Assembly: GCA_963801165.1 (NCBI GenBank)
Contig: CAWDDT010000009.1
Location: 64,001-128,000 of the forward strand
Length of the DNA stretch: 64,000 nt
Origin: an uncultured bacterium
Lineage (GTDB): Bacteria; Actinomycetota; Acidimicrobiia; Spongiisociales; UBA5794
Direction: 5' to 3'
Program-made: the position numbers and the translations under genes
Shown here: positions 45,716 through 55,634 of the stretch, in pieces
Numbering within the stretch: the stretch's first letter is position 1
How the letters are laid out: each line of letters begins with the position of its first letter
The notes under the pieces: model-generated
Told to the model about the DNA's origin: nothing
Databases searched by the model: none
Seen by the model: only the letters and a program-made list of their open reading frames with translations

Positions 45716-46324
45716 ATGGCGAGCATCGACCTCAAGAAGGTCTACAAGGAGTCGTACACCGCCCGGGTAGGCGAGCCGGCACTGGTGAAGCTGCTGCCCC
45801 GGAGGTTTCTCATGATCGACGGCGCAGGTGATCCGAACACAGCTTCGGAATACGCTGATGCGGTTGCCGCCCTGTACCCGATCGCCTATGCGTTGCGCGC
45901 CACGATCAAGGCCGAGACAGGAGACGCCTACACGGTGATGCCACTCGAGGGTTTGTGGTGGGCAGACGATATGGACACCTTCTCCCAGGGTCGCAAAGGC
46001 GACTGGAGGTGGACGGCGATGATCGCGGTGCCTGAGGTGGCAACGCCTGCGGGCGCGGCCGGTGTCATTGCCGAAACCACGAGCGAGAGGGGCCTGGTCG
46101 CCGGCCGGAGGGTCCGCTTCGAAGTGCTCGACGAAGGGATGTCGGCCCAGGTGATGCACGTCGGTCCCTATACGGCAGAGATGCCGACGATTGATATGCT
46201 GCACCGGTACATCGCCGGGCAGGGGTTGACGCTTCGTGGCCACCACCACGAGATCTATCTCAGTGATCCCCGCCGCACTGCTCCCGAGAAGCTGAAGACG
46301 ATCATCCGCCAGCCCGCCGCCTGA
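45716..46324 (+). CDS. GyrI-like small-molecule-binding protein
   Basis: 'FLMIDGAGDPN', 'VMPLEGLWW', 'HVGPY', 'HHEIYLSDPRR...KLKTIIRQP'. Confidence 0.9.
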   Translation: MASIDLKKVYKESYTARVGEPALVKLLPRRFLMIDGAGDPNTASEYADAVAALYPIAYALRATIKAETGDAYTVMPLEGLWWADDMDTFSQGRKGDWRWTAMIAVPEVATPAGAAGVIAETTSERGLVAGRRVRFEVLDEGMSAQVMHVGPYTAEMPTIDMLHRYIAGQGLTLRGHHHEIYLSDPRRTAPEKLKTIIRQPAA

Positions 46325-46344
46325 TACGGCCTCTTCTTTGGGGG

Positions 46345-47124
46345 TCAGCGACGGCGGCCGACCACCCAGGCCGCCAGGAGCCAGGACAGGCAGGTCCAGA
46401 TGGCGAGAACCAGCCAGGAGGTAGCAACGGAGTCGACGAGACCTGTGCTCAGCCCCGCCCGGATCACGTTGGCCATGTGATAGAACGGCAGGACGCGGTG
46501 CACCGCCGCCCACCAACCGGGGAACTGATTGATCGGCACCACGATCGGGGAGAACATCAACGCCAGGAAGATGATCAGGTTCGTGACCAGATTGGTGAGG
46601 CGCGGTTCGGGGATAGCGTGGGCGAACGAGAACCCGACCGATGTCGCCATCAACGATGTGAGCAGGATCGCCGGGACGATCGACCAGGAGATATCGAGCG
46701 TCACCGCATAGCGGATGTGGGCAATCCACAGCGAGACGATGGTGCCCGGGATCGCCAGCGTCGTGAACAGGGTGAATGTCGCTGCGGCCGAGGCCAGCCG
46801 CGGGACAGGCAACGACCACACGAAGTCGTAGGTGTCTTTGATCTTGTGGTTCATGATCGCACCGGGAACCATGACGAACCCGACCGGGATCAGTGCCAGC
46901 GCCGGGATGCCAGTGACGATGAAGGTCCTGGCCACATTGGAGATGTCCCCGAAGTAGAAGCCGTACATGTAGGCCATGCCGCCACCCATGAGGATCTGGA
47001 CCACGAGAACCAACCCCAGGTATATCCGTAGGTTCACCATCTCGAACCGAAGCATGTTCCCGTACGACGCCAGCCAGTAGCCGACTCCGGAGCGGATCCT
47101 CACCTCAGCTGTGGCCGTCGTCAT
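46345..47124 (-). CDS. ABC-2 type transporter permease
   Basis: Six TMs, 'FSPIVVP...FPGW...HRVLPFYH'; ATGA overlap. Confidence 0.88.
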   Translation of the reverse strand: MTTATAEVRIRSGVGYWLASYGNMLRFEMVNLRIYLGLVLVVQILMGGGMAYMYGFYFGDISNVARTFIVTGIPALALIPVGFVMVPGAIMNHKIKDTYDFVWSLPVPRLASAAATFTLFTTLAIPGTIVSLWIAHIRYAVTLDISWSIVPAILLTSLMATSVGFSFAHAIPEPRLTNLVTNLIIFLALMFSPIVVPINQFPGWWAAVHRVLPFYHMANVIRAGLSTGLVDSVATSWLVLAIWTCLSWLLAAWVVGRRR

Positions 47125-47915
47125 TTCCGCCTCCTCAAGACTGCTGCGCTGACTGCTATCGCCACAACGGACCAAATGGCGAGCACGAGATAGGAGTGGG
47201 CGACGTCGGTGGCGATCCCGTCGACGAGCGAGTCGCGGATGATGTTGGCCATGTGGACAAAAGGTAGATACTGGTGCGTGGTCGCCATCCAGCTCGGCAG
47301 GTTCTCTGCAGGGAAGGCGATGGGCGCAAAGCCGAAGATGACGAAGATGAGTATCTGCGATACCAGCAACGTCACCTCGGGTTTGGGGATGGCATGCGAC
47401 AGCGCATATCCGAGGAGGGTGCCACTGACGATCGTGATCAGCACTGCTGGGACCACCATCGGGGTGATGGCGAAACTCACGTCGAATCGCAGGGCGCCCG
47501 CGACCAATGCGGCCACCATCCCGGGGACCGCGATGATCGCGTTCAATGTCACCCAGGACATCGCGGCGGCGCTTCTCGGAACCGGAAGCGACCACATGAA
47601 GTCGTACGACCCCTCCATCTTCTGTTGGGCAACCAGCTGAGGGCCGACCGCGGCGCCGACCATGATCAAGGTCACGACGGCCGCCCCGGTGACCAGGTAG
47701 GCCGCGACGAGCGGTGGCAGCGATGGTATGAGCAGACCAAAGCCGAGCACGAGACCTGCCCCGCTGATCGCCTGGGCGAACGCGAGGATGGGAATCATGA
47801 GACGGGTGTTTGTCATGTCCCACCGCAGCATTGCCAGGTACGACCGAACCCAGTTGGCAACGCCTCTGCGTTTCATGGGAAGGGGAATGCCGTCGGCGAG
47901 CGATACGGCCGTCAT
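47121..47915 (-). CDS. ABC-2 type transporter permease
   Basis: Paralogous to the neighbour ('YDFMWSLPVPR', 'FAPIAFPAENLPSW'). Confidence 0.88.
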   Translation of the reverse strand: MTAVSLADGIPLPMKRRGVANWVRSYLAMLRWDMTNTRLMIPILAFAQAISGAGLVLGFGLLIPSLPPLVAAYLVTGAAVVTLIMVGAAVGPQLVAQQKMEGSYDFMWSLPVPRSAAAMSWVTLNAIIAVPGMVAALVAGALRFDVSFAITPMVVPAVLITIVSGTLLGYALSHAIPKPEVTLLVSQILIFVIFGFAPIAFPAENLPSWMATTHQYLPFVHMANIIRDSLVDGIATDVAHSYLVLAIWSVVAIAVSAAVLRRRK

Positions 47916-48913
47916 GTCTCTACCTCAATGGCGGAGGCATGGCCGGTCAGGCGGACATACACGTCCTCGAGGGTGATCGCTCCGAGCGCGTACTCATCGG
48001 CGACACCGAGTTGCATCTGCTCCTGAGCCCAGGCGATGCCGGTTGCCGCCGCGTCCTCGCTGATGACTGTGATCAGGTTGTTGCCGACGCGTGTGTCGTG
48101 GGCCACGAACTCGGGCAGCGACGGGGTGTCGGTCCCCGGGCTCAACATGAGTTGCAGACGGAGATGCTGGCGGTCTTCGGCCTTCAACGAGGACGGAGTC
48201 CCCTCGGCAACCAGCTTTCCCTGGTCGATGATGGCGAGCCGGTCGACGGACTTCTCCGCCTCCATGACGTTGTGTGTCACCAGGAAGACCGCAACCCCGT
48301 CGTGGGCGAGCTTGCGGATCTGCTCCCACATGAGACGGCGGCGGAGCGGATCGACGTCGTTGGTGGGCTCATCGAGGATGACGACCCGTCCGGGCCACAC
48401 CGTCGTCATGATGAAGCCGACCAGCCGGCGCACGCCACCCGACATCTTGGTGCCCAGCGTGTTCCGCCACTCCTCGAGCTCCAGCGCCGCGATCAGCTCG
48501 TCGGTTCGTTCCCTCACGGCCTCAGGCGGGCCGCCGCGGATCGCACCGGTGATGGTGATCGCCTCGTGTGCCTTGAACGAGTCGATCGGCATTTGCGCCT
48601 GCGGCAGATAGGAGCACAGCTGACGGGCCACGTCGGGATCCTCGATGAAGTCGTAAGGACCCAGGGTGATCGACCCGGAAGTCGGCTTGAGCAGACCGAT
48701 GACCTGCTTGACGAGCGTGGTCTTGCCGGCGCCATTGGGGCCGAGCAGCCCGTAGACCTCACCCGGGTGCACCCCGAGGGTGATCCCGTCGTTTGCGAAC
48801 GTCTTGCCGCCGTCGTAGGTCTTGACGACATCGGTCGCCTGAAACGCCGACGAACCGACGTTTCGAGGGGGCGGTGGGGGGGTACTGCCGTTCACTTCGA
48901 TCCTCGTTTTCAA
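47912..48913 (-). CDS. ABC transporter ATP-binding protein
   Basis: Walker A 'GPNGAGKT', 'MSGG', 'ILDEPT', 'VTH'; start uncertain. Confidence 0.93.
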   Translation of the reverse strand: MKTRIEVNGSTPPPPPRNVGSSAFQATDVVKTYDGGKTFANDGITLGVHPGEVYGLLGPNGAGKTTLVKQVIGLLKPTSGSITLGPYDFIEDPDVARQLCSYLPQAQMPIDSFKAHEAITITGAIRGGPPEAVRERTDELIAALELEEWRNTLGTKMSGGVRRLVGFIMTTVWPGRVVILDEPTNDVDPLRRRLMWEQIRKLAHDGVAVFLVTHNVMEAEKSVDRLAIIDQGKLVAEGTPSSLKAEDRQHLRLQLMLSPGTDTPSLPEFVAHDTRVGNNLITVISEDAAATGIAWAQEQMQLGVADEYALGAITLEDVYVRLTGHASAIEVET

Positions 48914-48924
48914 TCCTCGACACT

Positions 48925-48967
48925 ATGGTGACGTCACAATGATGTCATAGCGATGTCCCCTTGTCAA
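48925..48967 (-). promoter_or_regulatory. Promoter with three tandem 11-bp direct repeats (GAC(A/G)TC core)
   Basis: Minus strand TTGACA (48962-67), then GACATCGCTAT-GACATCATTGT-GACGTCACCAT. Confidence 0.7.
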
Positions 48968-49052
48968 TTGGTGTCTCGTTCTTGCGTCCGGAATGGCTCG
49001 ATATGGCGGGTTTGGATGCCGGCGATGACCGCTGCGCGGTTGCCGGGCGCAA

Positions 49053-50051
49053 TTAGAAGAGTCGGGGGCGGTACAGGTGGTCGTGGGTGTGGATTGCAAA
49101 GCGATCTGTCATGCCGGCGACATAGTCGATGACCTGGGTGAGTGTGTCGGCCTCGTTGTGGCGGTAGCTGTCGGGGATCTCGGTCGGGTAGGTGACGAAG
49201 TAGTTGACCAGATCCCTGACGATTCCCATCGCCCGCCGGCGCTGGTTCTCGGTACCAGCGCGCAGGTACACGTTCTGAAACATGAAGTCGCGTAACTCGT
49301 TCATCACCTCGAGTGACTCACCGTCCATGGCGATGGCGCCGCGGGTGAGGGACTCGTTGACGACGGCGCGGATCATCGAGGCCACCCACTCCCCGCCCGG
49401 CTCGCCAAAACGGGCCAGCGCCGCAGTCGGCAGATCGTCCCGCTTTGTAATGCCCGCACGCATCGCGTCGCCGACATCGTGGGTCAGGTAGGCGATCCGG
49501 TCGGCAAAGCGGCAGATCCAGCCTTCGGCAGTTGCAGGTGGGGCCACGATCTTCCACGAATGAGCCCGCACCCCGTCGAGCACCTCCCACGTGAGGTTCG
49601 CCGGTTCGAGAACTTCGAATACGCGCACCCCCTGCTCTGAGTGCAGCCACTCGCCATCGACGAACTCGCTGAGCGCGTCTTCCCCCGTATGCCCGAATGG
49701 GGAGTGACCCACGTCGTGGGCAAGACATATCGCTTCTGTGAGGTCTTCGTTGAGCGACAGGTTTCTGGCGATGCTTCTGCCGATTTGAGTGACCTGCAGG
49801 GTATGGGTGAGACGGGTGACGTAGTGGTCACCCTCCGGGTTGATGAACACCTGGGTCTTGTGCTTGAGCCGGCGAAACGCCTTGGAGTGAACGATGCGGT
49901 CGCGATCACGCTGAAAGACGGTGCGGTAGGCGTCCGGTAGCTCAGGCAGCCTGCGCCCCCGTGACCCGGCCGCCCGGGTGGCCGCGGGTGCGAGCGTCTC
50001 GGTCTCGAGACGCTCGCTGTCCTCGCGGGTCCTCCTCCGGAACTCAGCCAT
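49053..50051 (-). CDS. dgt: Deoxyguanosinetriphosphate triphosphohydrolase (HD domain)
   Basis: 'FQRDRDRIVHSKAFRRLKHKTQVF', 'TRLTH', 'HDVGHSPFGH.GE', 'DYVAGMTD'. Confidence 0.93.
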   Translation of the reverse strand: MAEFRRRTREDSERLETETLAPAATRAAGSRGRRLPELPDAYRTVFQRDRDRIVHSKAFRRLKHKTQVFINPEGDHYVTRLTHTLQVTQIGRSIARNLSLNEDLTEAICLAHDVGHSPFGHTGEDALSEFVDGEWLHSEQGVRVFEVLEPANLTWEVLDGVRAHSWKIVAPPATAEGWICRFADRIAYLTHDVGDAMRAGITKRDDLPTAALARFGEPGGEWVASMIRAVVNESLTRGAIAMDGESLEVMNELRDFMFQNVYLRAGTENQRRRAMGIVRDLVNYFVTYPTEIPDSYRHNEADTLTQVIDYVAGMTDRFAIHTHDHLYRPRLF

Positions 50052-50062
50052 GCGGCCGGGCC

Positions 50063-52279
50063 CTAAACGAGCCGCTCACGCAGCCGGGCGCTGATCCAGT
50101 CCATCGTCGCCACCACAATCGCGATGGCCAGCATCTGCGCCGCGGCATCACGATAGTGGAGAAGGTTGATGTTCTGCTGAAGCAGGAACCCGATACCTCC
50201 GCCGCCGGCGAATCCGATGATGGTCGACATGCGGACGTTGATGTCCCAGCGGTACATCGTGAACGACATATAGGGCGGGACGATCTGAGGCACGACACCG
50301 TAGATGATCGTCTGCATCCTGGTGGCGCCGGTGGCGCGTACCGCCTCGATCGGACCGGTTGCGATGCTCTCCACCTGTTCCGAGTAGAGCTTGGCAAGCG
50401 AGGCCGCGGTGTGCAGGGACAGGGCCAGCGAACCGGCGAACGGTCCGAAGCCGACCCACACGACGAACACGATGACCATGACCAGCGGCTCGATCGAGCG
50501 CAGGGTGTTGAACAGGGTTCGTGCCATGTAGTACACGATCATCCCGACACTCACTCCCTCCGACCGTTTTCGTCCCGCCAGGTAGAGACCGATGAGCGCT
50601 CCGACGATCATGGGGATCCAGAACGTCGGCAACGAGCTCTCGAACTCGTAGAACCAGTCGACGATGGCCCCGAGCATCACGGCGATGATCGCTCCGGCGG
50701 CTGCTGCAAGGGGCAGATTGATCGACCGGATCGCCGTCTCGGACATGTGGTCGTTGAGGGCGAACCCCAGCTTGGACCCGAAGTTCATCATCAGGCCGAT
50801 GGTGCCTGCGATGGCCAGGACCGGGAGCAGCAGTTTCCCGACCTCACCGATGATGGCGATCAAGTTCCCGATGAAGCCCAATAGCCCGAGGTGGGGCTGG
50901 ATCGCACGCCCGACATGCTGCAGCAGCGACCCGGTGACATATGTCCAAATAGCAACCACGAACCCCGACGCGATGGTGATCCCCATGGTGATGGCGCGTT
51001 CCCGGCTGGTCGGGGCCGTCGTGTCCTCCTCTCTCAGTACCGCCCGGAGTGTCATCACAAGCGCGATCGGGAGCGCGATGGCTAACAACAGGTTCAACCA
51101 ATCACTGCCGACCAGACCCGCCAACCCCCGTGCCCAGCGGCTCACCCACAGCCCGACGAACCCGCCGACCGGGATAGCCAGGAGGTTGAGGGCCAGGTTG
51201 GTCACAGTCGTCCTGATGTCACGCATCAGGTTGCGTGCCGCCATGAAGGAGAGGGGGAGTGCGATGAGCGTACCGAGGGTCGTAGCCAGGAAGGCCATGA
51301 ATACTGTCTCGATGATCTTGTCGAGAGTGTCGGTTCCGTTCTTCGAGATCCGTGGCGACAGCTCGAAAGAGTCCGTTATCGCCTGGATCGCGGTTCGCTT
51401 GCTGTTGGAAGGGTCGTACACCTGGATCTCGGCGCCGCTCAGTTCGGTGCCGGGCGGAGCCGCGATAACGACCGATCCCTCCGGTGTGACCGACGCGATC
51501 GTCAATGCGGGATCGCCGATGATTCCGGCATTCATTTGCATACCCGCGGCGGGGCCGTCGAGCGCTGTGAAGTCGCCCCCGGTGGTGATGGTCTGCACCA
51601 CAGCCTCGTGAACGACCAGGGCGAGACCGGCTCCCGGGATCCCGGCTGCCGCCGGTACCTCGAGAGTCAGTTGCCCATCGGGCCCCATCTGTTCCTCGTC
51701 GCGGACACCGTTGTTGTTGGCGTCGGTCCACACCGTCACCCGATGCAGCCACGAACCGACCTGGACGCGTGTCGTAGCTTCGATCTTTTGCGGGATGTCC
51801 GACTCCCGATTGGGGACTTCGGCGGTCGTTGCGAAGTTGCCGTCGGCGTCTGCTGTGAACGTCCCGATCCGTCTCGTCACGTCGAAATCCGAGTCGGGCC
51901 GGAATTCGATGGTGCCTTCGCTCTCGGGCTCGAAGCCGTGACCCTCGATCGTCACCGTGTCACCGGGGGCGATACAGGACGGCGTTACCAGCAGATACGT
52001 GTTCTGGCTGGTGTCGACAGGCGGGACGTCGCCACCGTCGGGGCAGGGTACGAGTACGTCCGCCGATACGATTACAGCCTCGGTGTCGTACGTTATGAGG
52101 TTGGGGTGTGCGAGCGCACGCATGATGCGCACCAGGCTCACGCGACGCTGGGCGCTCTGAATCTCAGCAAGATCTACTCTGGTCTTCTGCACGGCGACGC
52201 CGTAGAGCAGAAACACAATCAGCCCGCCCAGGATGAGTATCCGCCGCCGCCGCCGCTTTTTCGGTTTTTGGTCAGCCAA
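50063..52279 (-). CDS. phnE: PhnE-family permease, greatly enlarged by extracytoplasmic and TM insertions
   Basis: 'ETVFMAFLAT', 'LRSIEPL', 'KLYSEQVESI..GPIEAVRATGA', 'RWDINVR.STIIG..GGGGIG'; TTG start overlapping phnC. Confidence 0.85.
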   Translation of the reverse strand: MADQKPKKRRRRRILILGGLIVFLLYGVAVQKTRVDLAEIQSAQRRVSLVRIMRALAHPNLITYDTEAVIVSADVLVPCPDGGDVPPVDTSQNTYLLVTPSCIAPGDTVTIEGHGFEPESEGTIEFRPDSDFDVTRRIGTFTADADGNFATTAEVPNRESDIPQKIEATTRVQVGSWLHRVTVWTDANNNGVRDEEQMGPDGQLTLEVPAAAGIPGAGLALVVHEAVVQTITTGGDFTALDGPAAGMQMNAGIIGDPALTIASVTPEGSVVIAAPPGTELSGAEIQVYDPSNSKRTAIQAITDSFELSPRISKNGTDTLDKIIETVFMAFLATTLGTLIALPLSFMAARNLMRDIRTTVTNLALNLLAIPVGGFVGLWVSRWARGLAGLVGSDWLNLLLAIALPIALVMTLRAVLREEDTTAPTSRERAITMGITIASGFVVAIWTYVTGSLLQHVGRAIQPHLGLLGFIGNLIAIIGEVGKLLLPVLAIAGTIGLMMNFGSKLGFALNDHMSETAIRSINLPLAAAAGAIIAVMLGAIVDWFYEFESSLPTFWIPMIVGALIGLYLAGRKRSEGVSVGMIVYYMARTLFNTLRSIEPLVMVIVFVVWVGFGPFAGSLALSLHTAASLAKLYSEQVESIATGPIEAVRATGATRMQTIIYGVVPQIVPPYMSFTMYRWDINVRMSTIIGFAGGGGIGFLLQQNINLLHYRDAAAQMLAIAIVVATMDWISARLRERLV

Positions 52280-53024
52280 CTCGCTCGGCCTCCTGCCCAT
52301 AGATGTCCCGGAACTTCTCGTCGTCCAATTCCGCGGCCGTTCCCTGGAAAACGAGCCTTCCCTCGTTCAGGGCGATGACCTGCTGCGAATAGCGCTCAAC
52401 GAGGTCGAGGAAGTGGAGGCTGCAAAGGACAGTCACCCCGTCCTGCTGATTTATCTGCTCGAGGTACTGCATGATCGAGTGGGCGAGCACCGGGTCGAGG
52501 CTGGCCACCGGCTCGTCGGCCAGGATCATCTCGGGCTCCTGGATCATGGCTCTTGCGATGCCGACTCGTTGCTGTTGACCGCCGCTCAAAGCGTCGGCGC
52601 GATGGTGATCGCGGTCGATCAGACCGACCCGGTCGAGTTGCTTGCGGGCTCGGTCGTGGTCCTCCGCAGAGAAGCGGTTGAGCAGGGCGAACGCCGGGTT
52701 GGTATAGCCGAGACGACCGGCCAGCACGTTTGTCGTGACCTTGGAGCGGTTGACCAGGTTGAAGTGCTGGAAGACCATCCCAATCCTGCGCCGGATGCGG
52801 CGAAGGTCCTCTTGCGATGCGCTGGTGACGTCGACCCCGTTCCAGATGATGCGCCCCTCGGTCGGCTCGATCAACCGGTTGATGCAGCGGAGCAGGGTCG
52901 ACTTACCCGATCCGCTCAAGCCGATCACCGCGAGAAACTTGCCGTCTTCGACCTCGAAGGAGACATCATCGAGGGCGAGTGTCCCTCCCTCATAGATCTT
53001 TGTCAGGTGTTCGACTTTGAGCAC
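52272..53024 (-). CDS. phnC: Phosphonate/phosphate-ester ABC transporter ATP-binding protein
   Basis: 'GLSGSGKSTLLRCIN', 'FQHFNLV', 'LSGGQQQRVGIARA', 'ADEPVASLDP'. Confidence 0.92.
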   Translation of the reverse strand: MLKVEHLTKIYEGGTLALDDVSFEVEDGKFLAVIGLSGSGKSTLLRCINRLIEPTEGRIIWNGVDVTSASQEDLRRIRRRIGMVFQHFNLVNRSKVTTNVLAGRLGYTNPAFALLNRFSAEDHDRARKQLDRVGLIDRDHHRADALSGGQQQRVGIARAMIQEPEMILADEPVASLDPVLAHSIMQYLEQINQQDGVTVLCSLHFLDLVERYSQQVIALNEGRLVFQGTAAELDDEKFRDIYGQEAERVG

Positions 53025-53078
53025 AGCACCTTCCTCACGCGGCTGCGCACATTCAAGTCTGGCAAGTCGGAAAATGCC

Positions 53079-53110
53079 ATACGGGCGGGGCAGTGATGCC
53101 CCGCCCGTAT
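53079..53110 (-). terminator. 14-bp stem-loop between phnD and phnC (partial terminator or stabiliser)
   Basis: ATACGGGCGGGGCA-GTGA-TGCCCCGCCCGTAT. Confidence 0.7.
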
Positions 53111-53133
53111 AGGAGCGTGAATGGGTCGTTCGT

Positions 53134-54267
53134 CTAGAAGTCTTCGAGCGAGAAGCCGAGGGCGTTCAGCAGAGCCCGGATCGAGTCGAACTCCGAGTCG
53201 CTCGTTGTCGAGACGCCGTTCCAGCTGTACGCCGCGAAGGCGGCCGCAAAACCCTCAGGATCGTTGGTGGCGAAGTCCTGCATCGCCTGGACGATCTGGT
53301 CCTCGAGATCCGACGGGAAGTCCGGACCGAAGGCCATGCCATCGTTCGGGATCTCGTCGGACAGCGTCAGGATCGCAACCTTCTGGATCACATCGGGCGC
53401 CTCGGAGGCGAGGTTGGCACGAGCGTCCTTGGGAAGAACGCCATTGCACTCGATCGCTCCGTCTGCGTTCACGGCGCACGAGTCGACATCGTCTGGATTG
53501 ATGTCGGCGTTCTCCTTGGTGCCGTCCCAGGCGACCTCGCCCTCGGTGGTCACCGGCGGGCTGTAGTAGACGGTACCGAAGTCGGCTTCGCCGTTGTAGA
53601 CCGCACGCACCGCCTCGGTGTGGCCGCCTGCCTCGAACGAGTCACCAACCTTGATACCCGACTTGGCAAACTGGCCGGAGGGGATCAGATAGCCGGACGT
53701 CGACGCCGGATCGGGATACGCCCACTTCTTGCCCGCCAGATCGAAGATGCTGGTGTAGCCGGAGTCACGCGGAACGATGTACTCGGTCCAGTAGACGTCG
53801 AATCCGAACCGCTGTGCTTTCAGCCTGATGTTGACGTTGCACAGGTCGCTGGCCAGCACGTAGCCCTGCGCCGGGATGAAGCCGATCGACTTGTCAGGCG
53901 AGGCGCACATCTCCTCGATGGTGGCCGCATAGGACGACCCGACCTTCACGTCGAATGTGAGGCCGGTGGCATCGTTGAGCGCCTTAGCGAGCAACTCGCC
54001 GCCGCTTGTGATCTCGTCGGCGCTGACCGAAGGAACGTACAGCACCTCGATTGGGTTGTCGGCGGTGCCGATGGTCGGCTCTGCCATTGCCGTTGTGGTT
54101 GTCTCTGCCATTGCCGTTGTCGTTGTCTCTGCCATGGCGGTGGTTGTGGTCGCAGCCGGTGCTGCTGTCGTGGTCGTCGACGAGCTGCTCGAATCATCGC
54201 CGCCTCCACAGGCGGCAACGAGTAGCGCGAAGACGGCAAATAACAGAGATATCTTCCGAACTGTCAT
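53134..54267 (-). CDS. phnD: PhnD-family substrate-binding lipoprotein
   Basis: Lipobox 'LVAAC', 'DPASTSGY', 'GGHTEAV.AV..G..D', 'IPND'. Confidence 0.88.
   Translation of the reverse strand: MTVRKISLLFAVFALLVAACGGGDDSSSSSTTTTAAPAATTTTAMAETTTTAMAETTTTAMAEPTIGTADNPIEVLYVPSVSADEITSGGELLAKALNDATGLTFDVKVGSSYAATIEEMCASPDKSIGFIPAQGYVLASDLCNVNIRLKAQRFGFDVYWTEYIVPRDSGYTSIFDLAGKKWAYPDPASTSGYLIPSGQFAKSGIKVGDSFEAGGHTEAVRAVYNGEADFGTVYYSPPVTTEGEVAWDGTKENADINPDDVDSCAVNADGAIECNGVLPKDARANLASEAPDVIQKVAILTLSDEIPNDGMAFGPDFPSDLEDQIVQAMQDFATNDPEGFAAAFAAYSWNGVSTTSDSEFDSIRALLNALGFSLEDF
54079..54150 (-). repeat. Three 24-bp tandem repeats encoding TTTTAMAE
   Basis: CTCTGCCAT(T/G)GC... three times in frame. Confidence 0.85.
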
Positions 54268-54416
54268 TGCGAATGTACTCCCTTTGGTTAGCCCGCGTTT
54301 GTCTCACTCGCGTGTGCCCCTAACACTAGACCCGATGACAGGTTGCGCCTATTCACTTGCCCGCGTTTTCGCGACTCTGCCCGGGGGCTTGCAACGCACC
54401 GCAGTAGGCTGCCGGA

Positions 54417-55634
54417 ATGAATCGGCTCGCGTCGCGGCGCTCCCTCATCGCCGTGTCGTTCTCACTCTTCATCATCCTGGGTGTCTCGACCGGAGTGACC
54501 GGGGTCGTGTGGCCCTCGCTACGGTCTGACTTCTCCCGACCCCTCGCGGATCTGGGGGTGCTGCTCGCCGTCGGCACCGGTGGGTACTTCCTCGCCGGGC
54601 TAACCGCCGGATGGTTGACGCGACGGTTGGGGATAGGCCGGGTCCTCATCGTCGTGCTTGCCCTCGGCTCCGGTTGTCTCGGTGGATATGTATTGGTGCA
54701 GTCGTGGCTGTTGTTGCTGGCGTGCTCGGTGGGCGTCGGCTTCGCCGGCGGCACGATCGACTCGCTGATGAATGCCTACGTCGCCCTGCGCCACGACACG
54801 AGAATGATGAATCTCCTCCACGCGTTCTTCGGGATTGGGGCGACGACCGCCCCCCTGCTGGTGACCGTGGTTCTGTCGGGCGGTTTGTCATGGAAGGTCT
54901 CGTATCTCGTCGTCGTCGCCGCCGAGCTGGCGCTTCTCGTCGCCGTGATCAGGATGCGCAGCCGGTGGCCGGATTCAGCTGCGCTGGTCCTGCCCGGAGA
55001 GGGACACCATCGACTGGGCGGTTCGGTAATCGGGCTGCTTGGCATGTTCTTTCTATATGTGGGCATCGAGATCACCGCCGGTCAATGGTCCTTCTCTGTG
55101 CTGACGGAAGGCAGACGAATCGGGGAGTTTGGCGCCGGTATCTGGGTGGCGCTGTTCTGGGGCGGGCTCACCGGGGGTCGTCTTGCTCTGGGGGTGATCG
55201 GCGACCGGTACCCCCCGCGTCGCCTCCTGCTCGTAAGCATGGCCGGGTCGGTCGCGGGTAGCGGCCTCTTCTGGCTCGATCCGCTTGGTCTCGGGGTCGT
55301 GGGATTACCGCTGCTCGGATTCAGCCTTGCCGGCATATTCCCGATCCTGGTTGCCTTGACGCCTGGTTGGGTCGGCGAGGAGAGAGCGGAGACGGTGATC
55401 GGATTTCAGATCGCCGCCGCCGCGGCGGGCACTGCTCTGATGCCATGGTTGGCGGGCCGGATCATCGCAGCAGGAGGTCTCGAGTCACTCGGCCCGTATC
55501 TCGTCGTTCTCTGCCTGGCGATGGCGAGCCTCAACTGGCTCGTCGGTGTTGTGGTGCGCCGTCAGACCGGTACGGAGCACTCTCGCTCGGCCGCCACCCG
55601 CTCCACGAGGGACACGAACTCGTCCCAGTCGTAA
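54417..55634 (+). CDS. MFS transporter
   Basis: About 12 TMs, 'GGTIDSLMNAY', 'LHAFFGIG', 'FLYVGIE'. Confidence 0.88.
   Translation: MNRLASRRSLIAVSFSLFIILGVSTGVTGVVWPSLRSDFSRPLADLGVLLAVGTGGYFLAGLTAGWLTRRLGIGRVLIVVLALGSGCLGGYVLVQSWLLLLACSVGVGFAGGTIDSLMNAYVALRHDTRMMNLLHAFFGIGATTAPLLVTVVLSGGLSWKVSYLVVVAAELALLVAVIRMRSRWPDSAALVLPGEGHHRLGGSVIGLLGMFFLYVGIEITAGQWSFSVLTEGRRIGEFGAGIWVALFWGGLTGGRLALGVIGDRYPPRRLLLVSMAGSVAGSGLFWLDPLGLGVVGLPLLGFSLAGIFPILVALTPGWVGEERAETVIGFQIAAAAAGTALMPWLAGRIIAAGGLESLGPYLVVLCLAMASLNWLVGVVVRRQTGTEHSRSAATRSTRDTNSSQS

Noticed and set aside
49053-50051. dGTPase as an anti-phage defence gene
   Set aside because: It looks like the short housekeeping type with native composition and no defence-island context.
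55562-55634. 73-bp convergent overlap of the MFS and NT5C-like genes as antisense regulation
   Set aside because: Short 3' overlaps occur repeatedly in this compact high-GC window and show no further signal.
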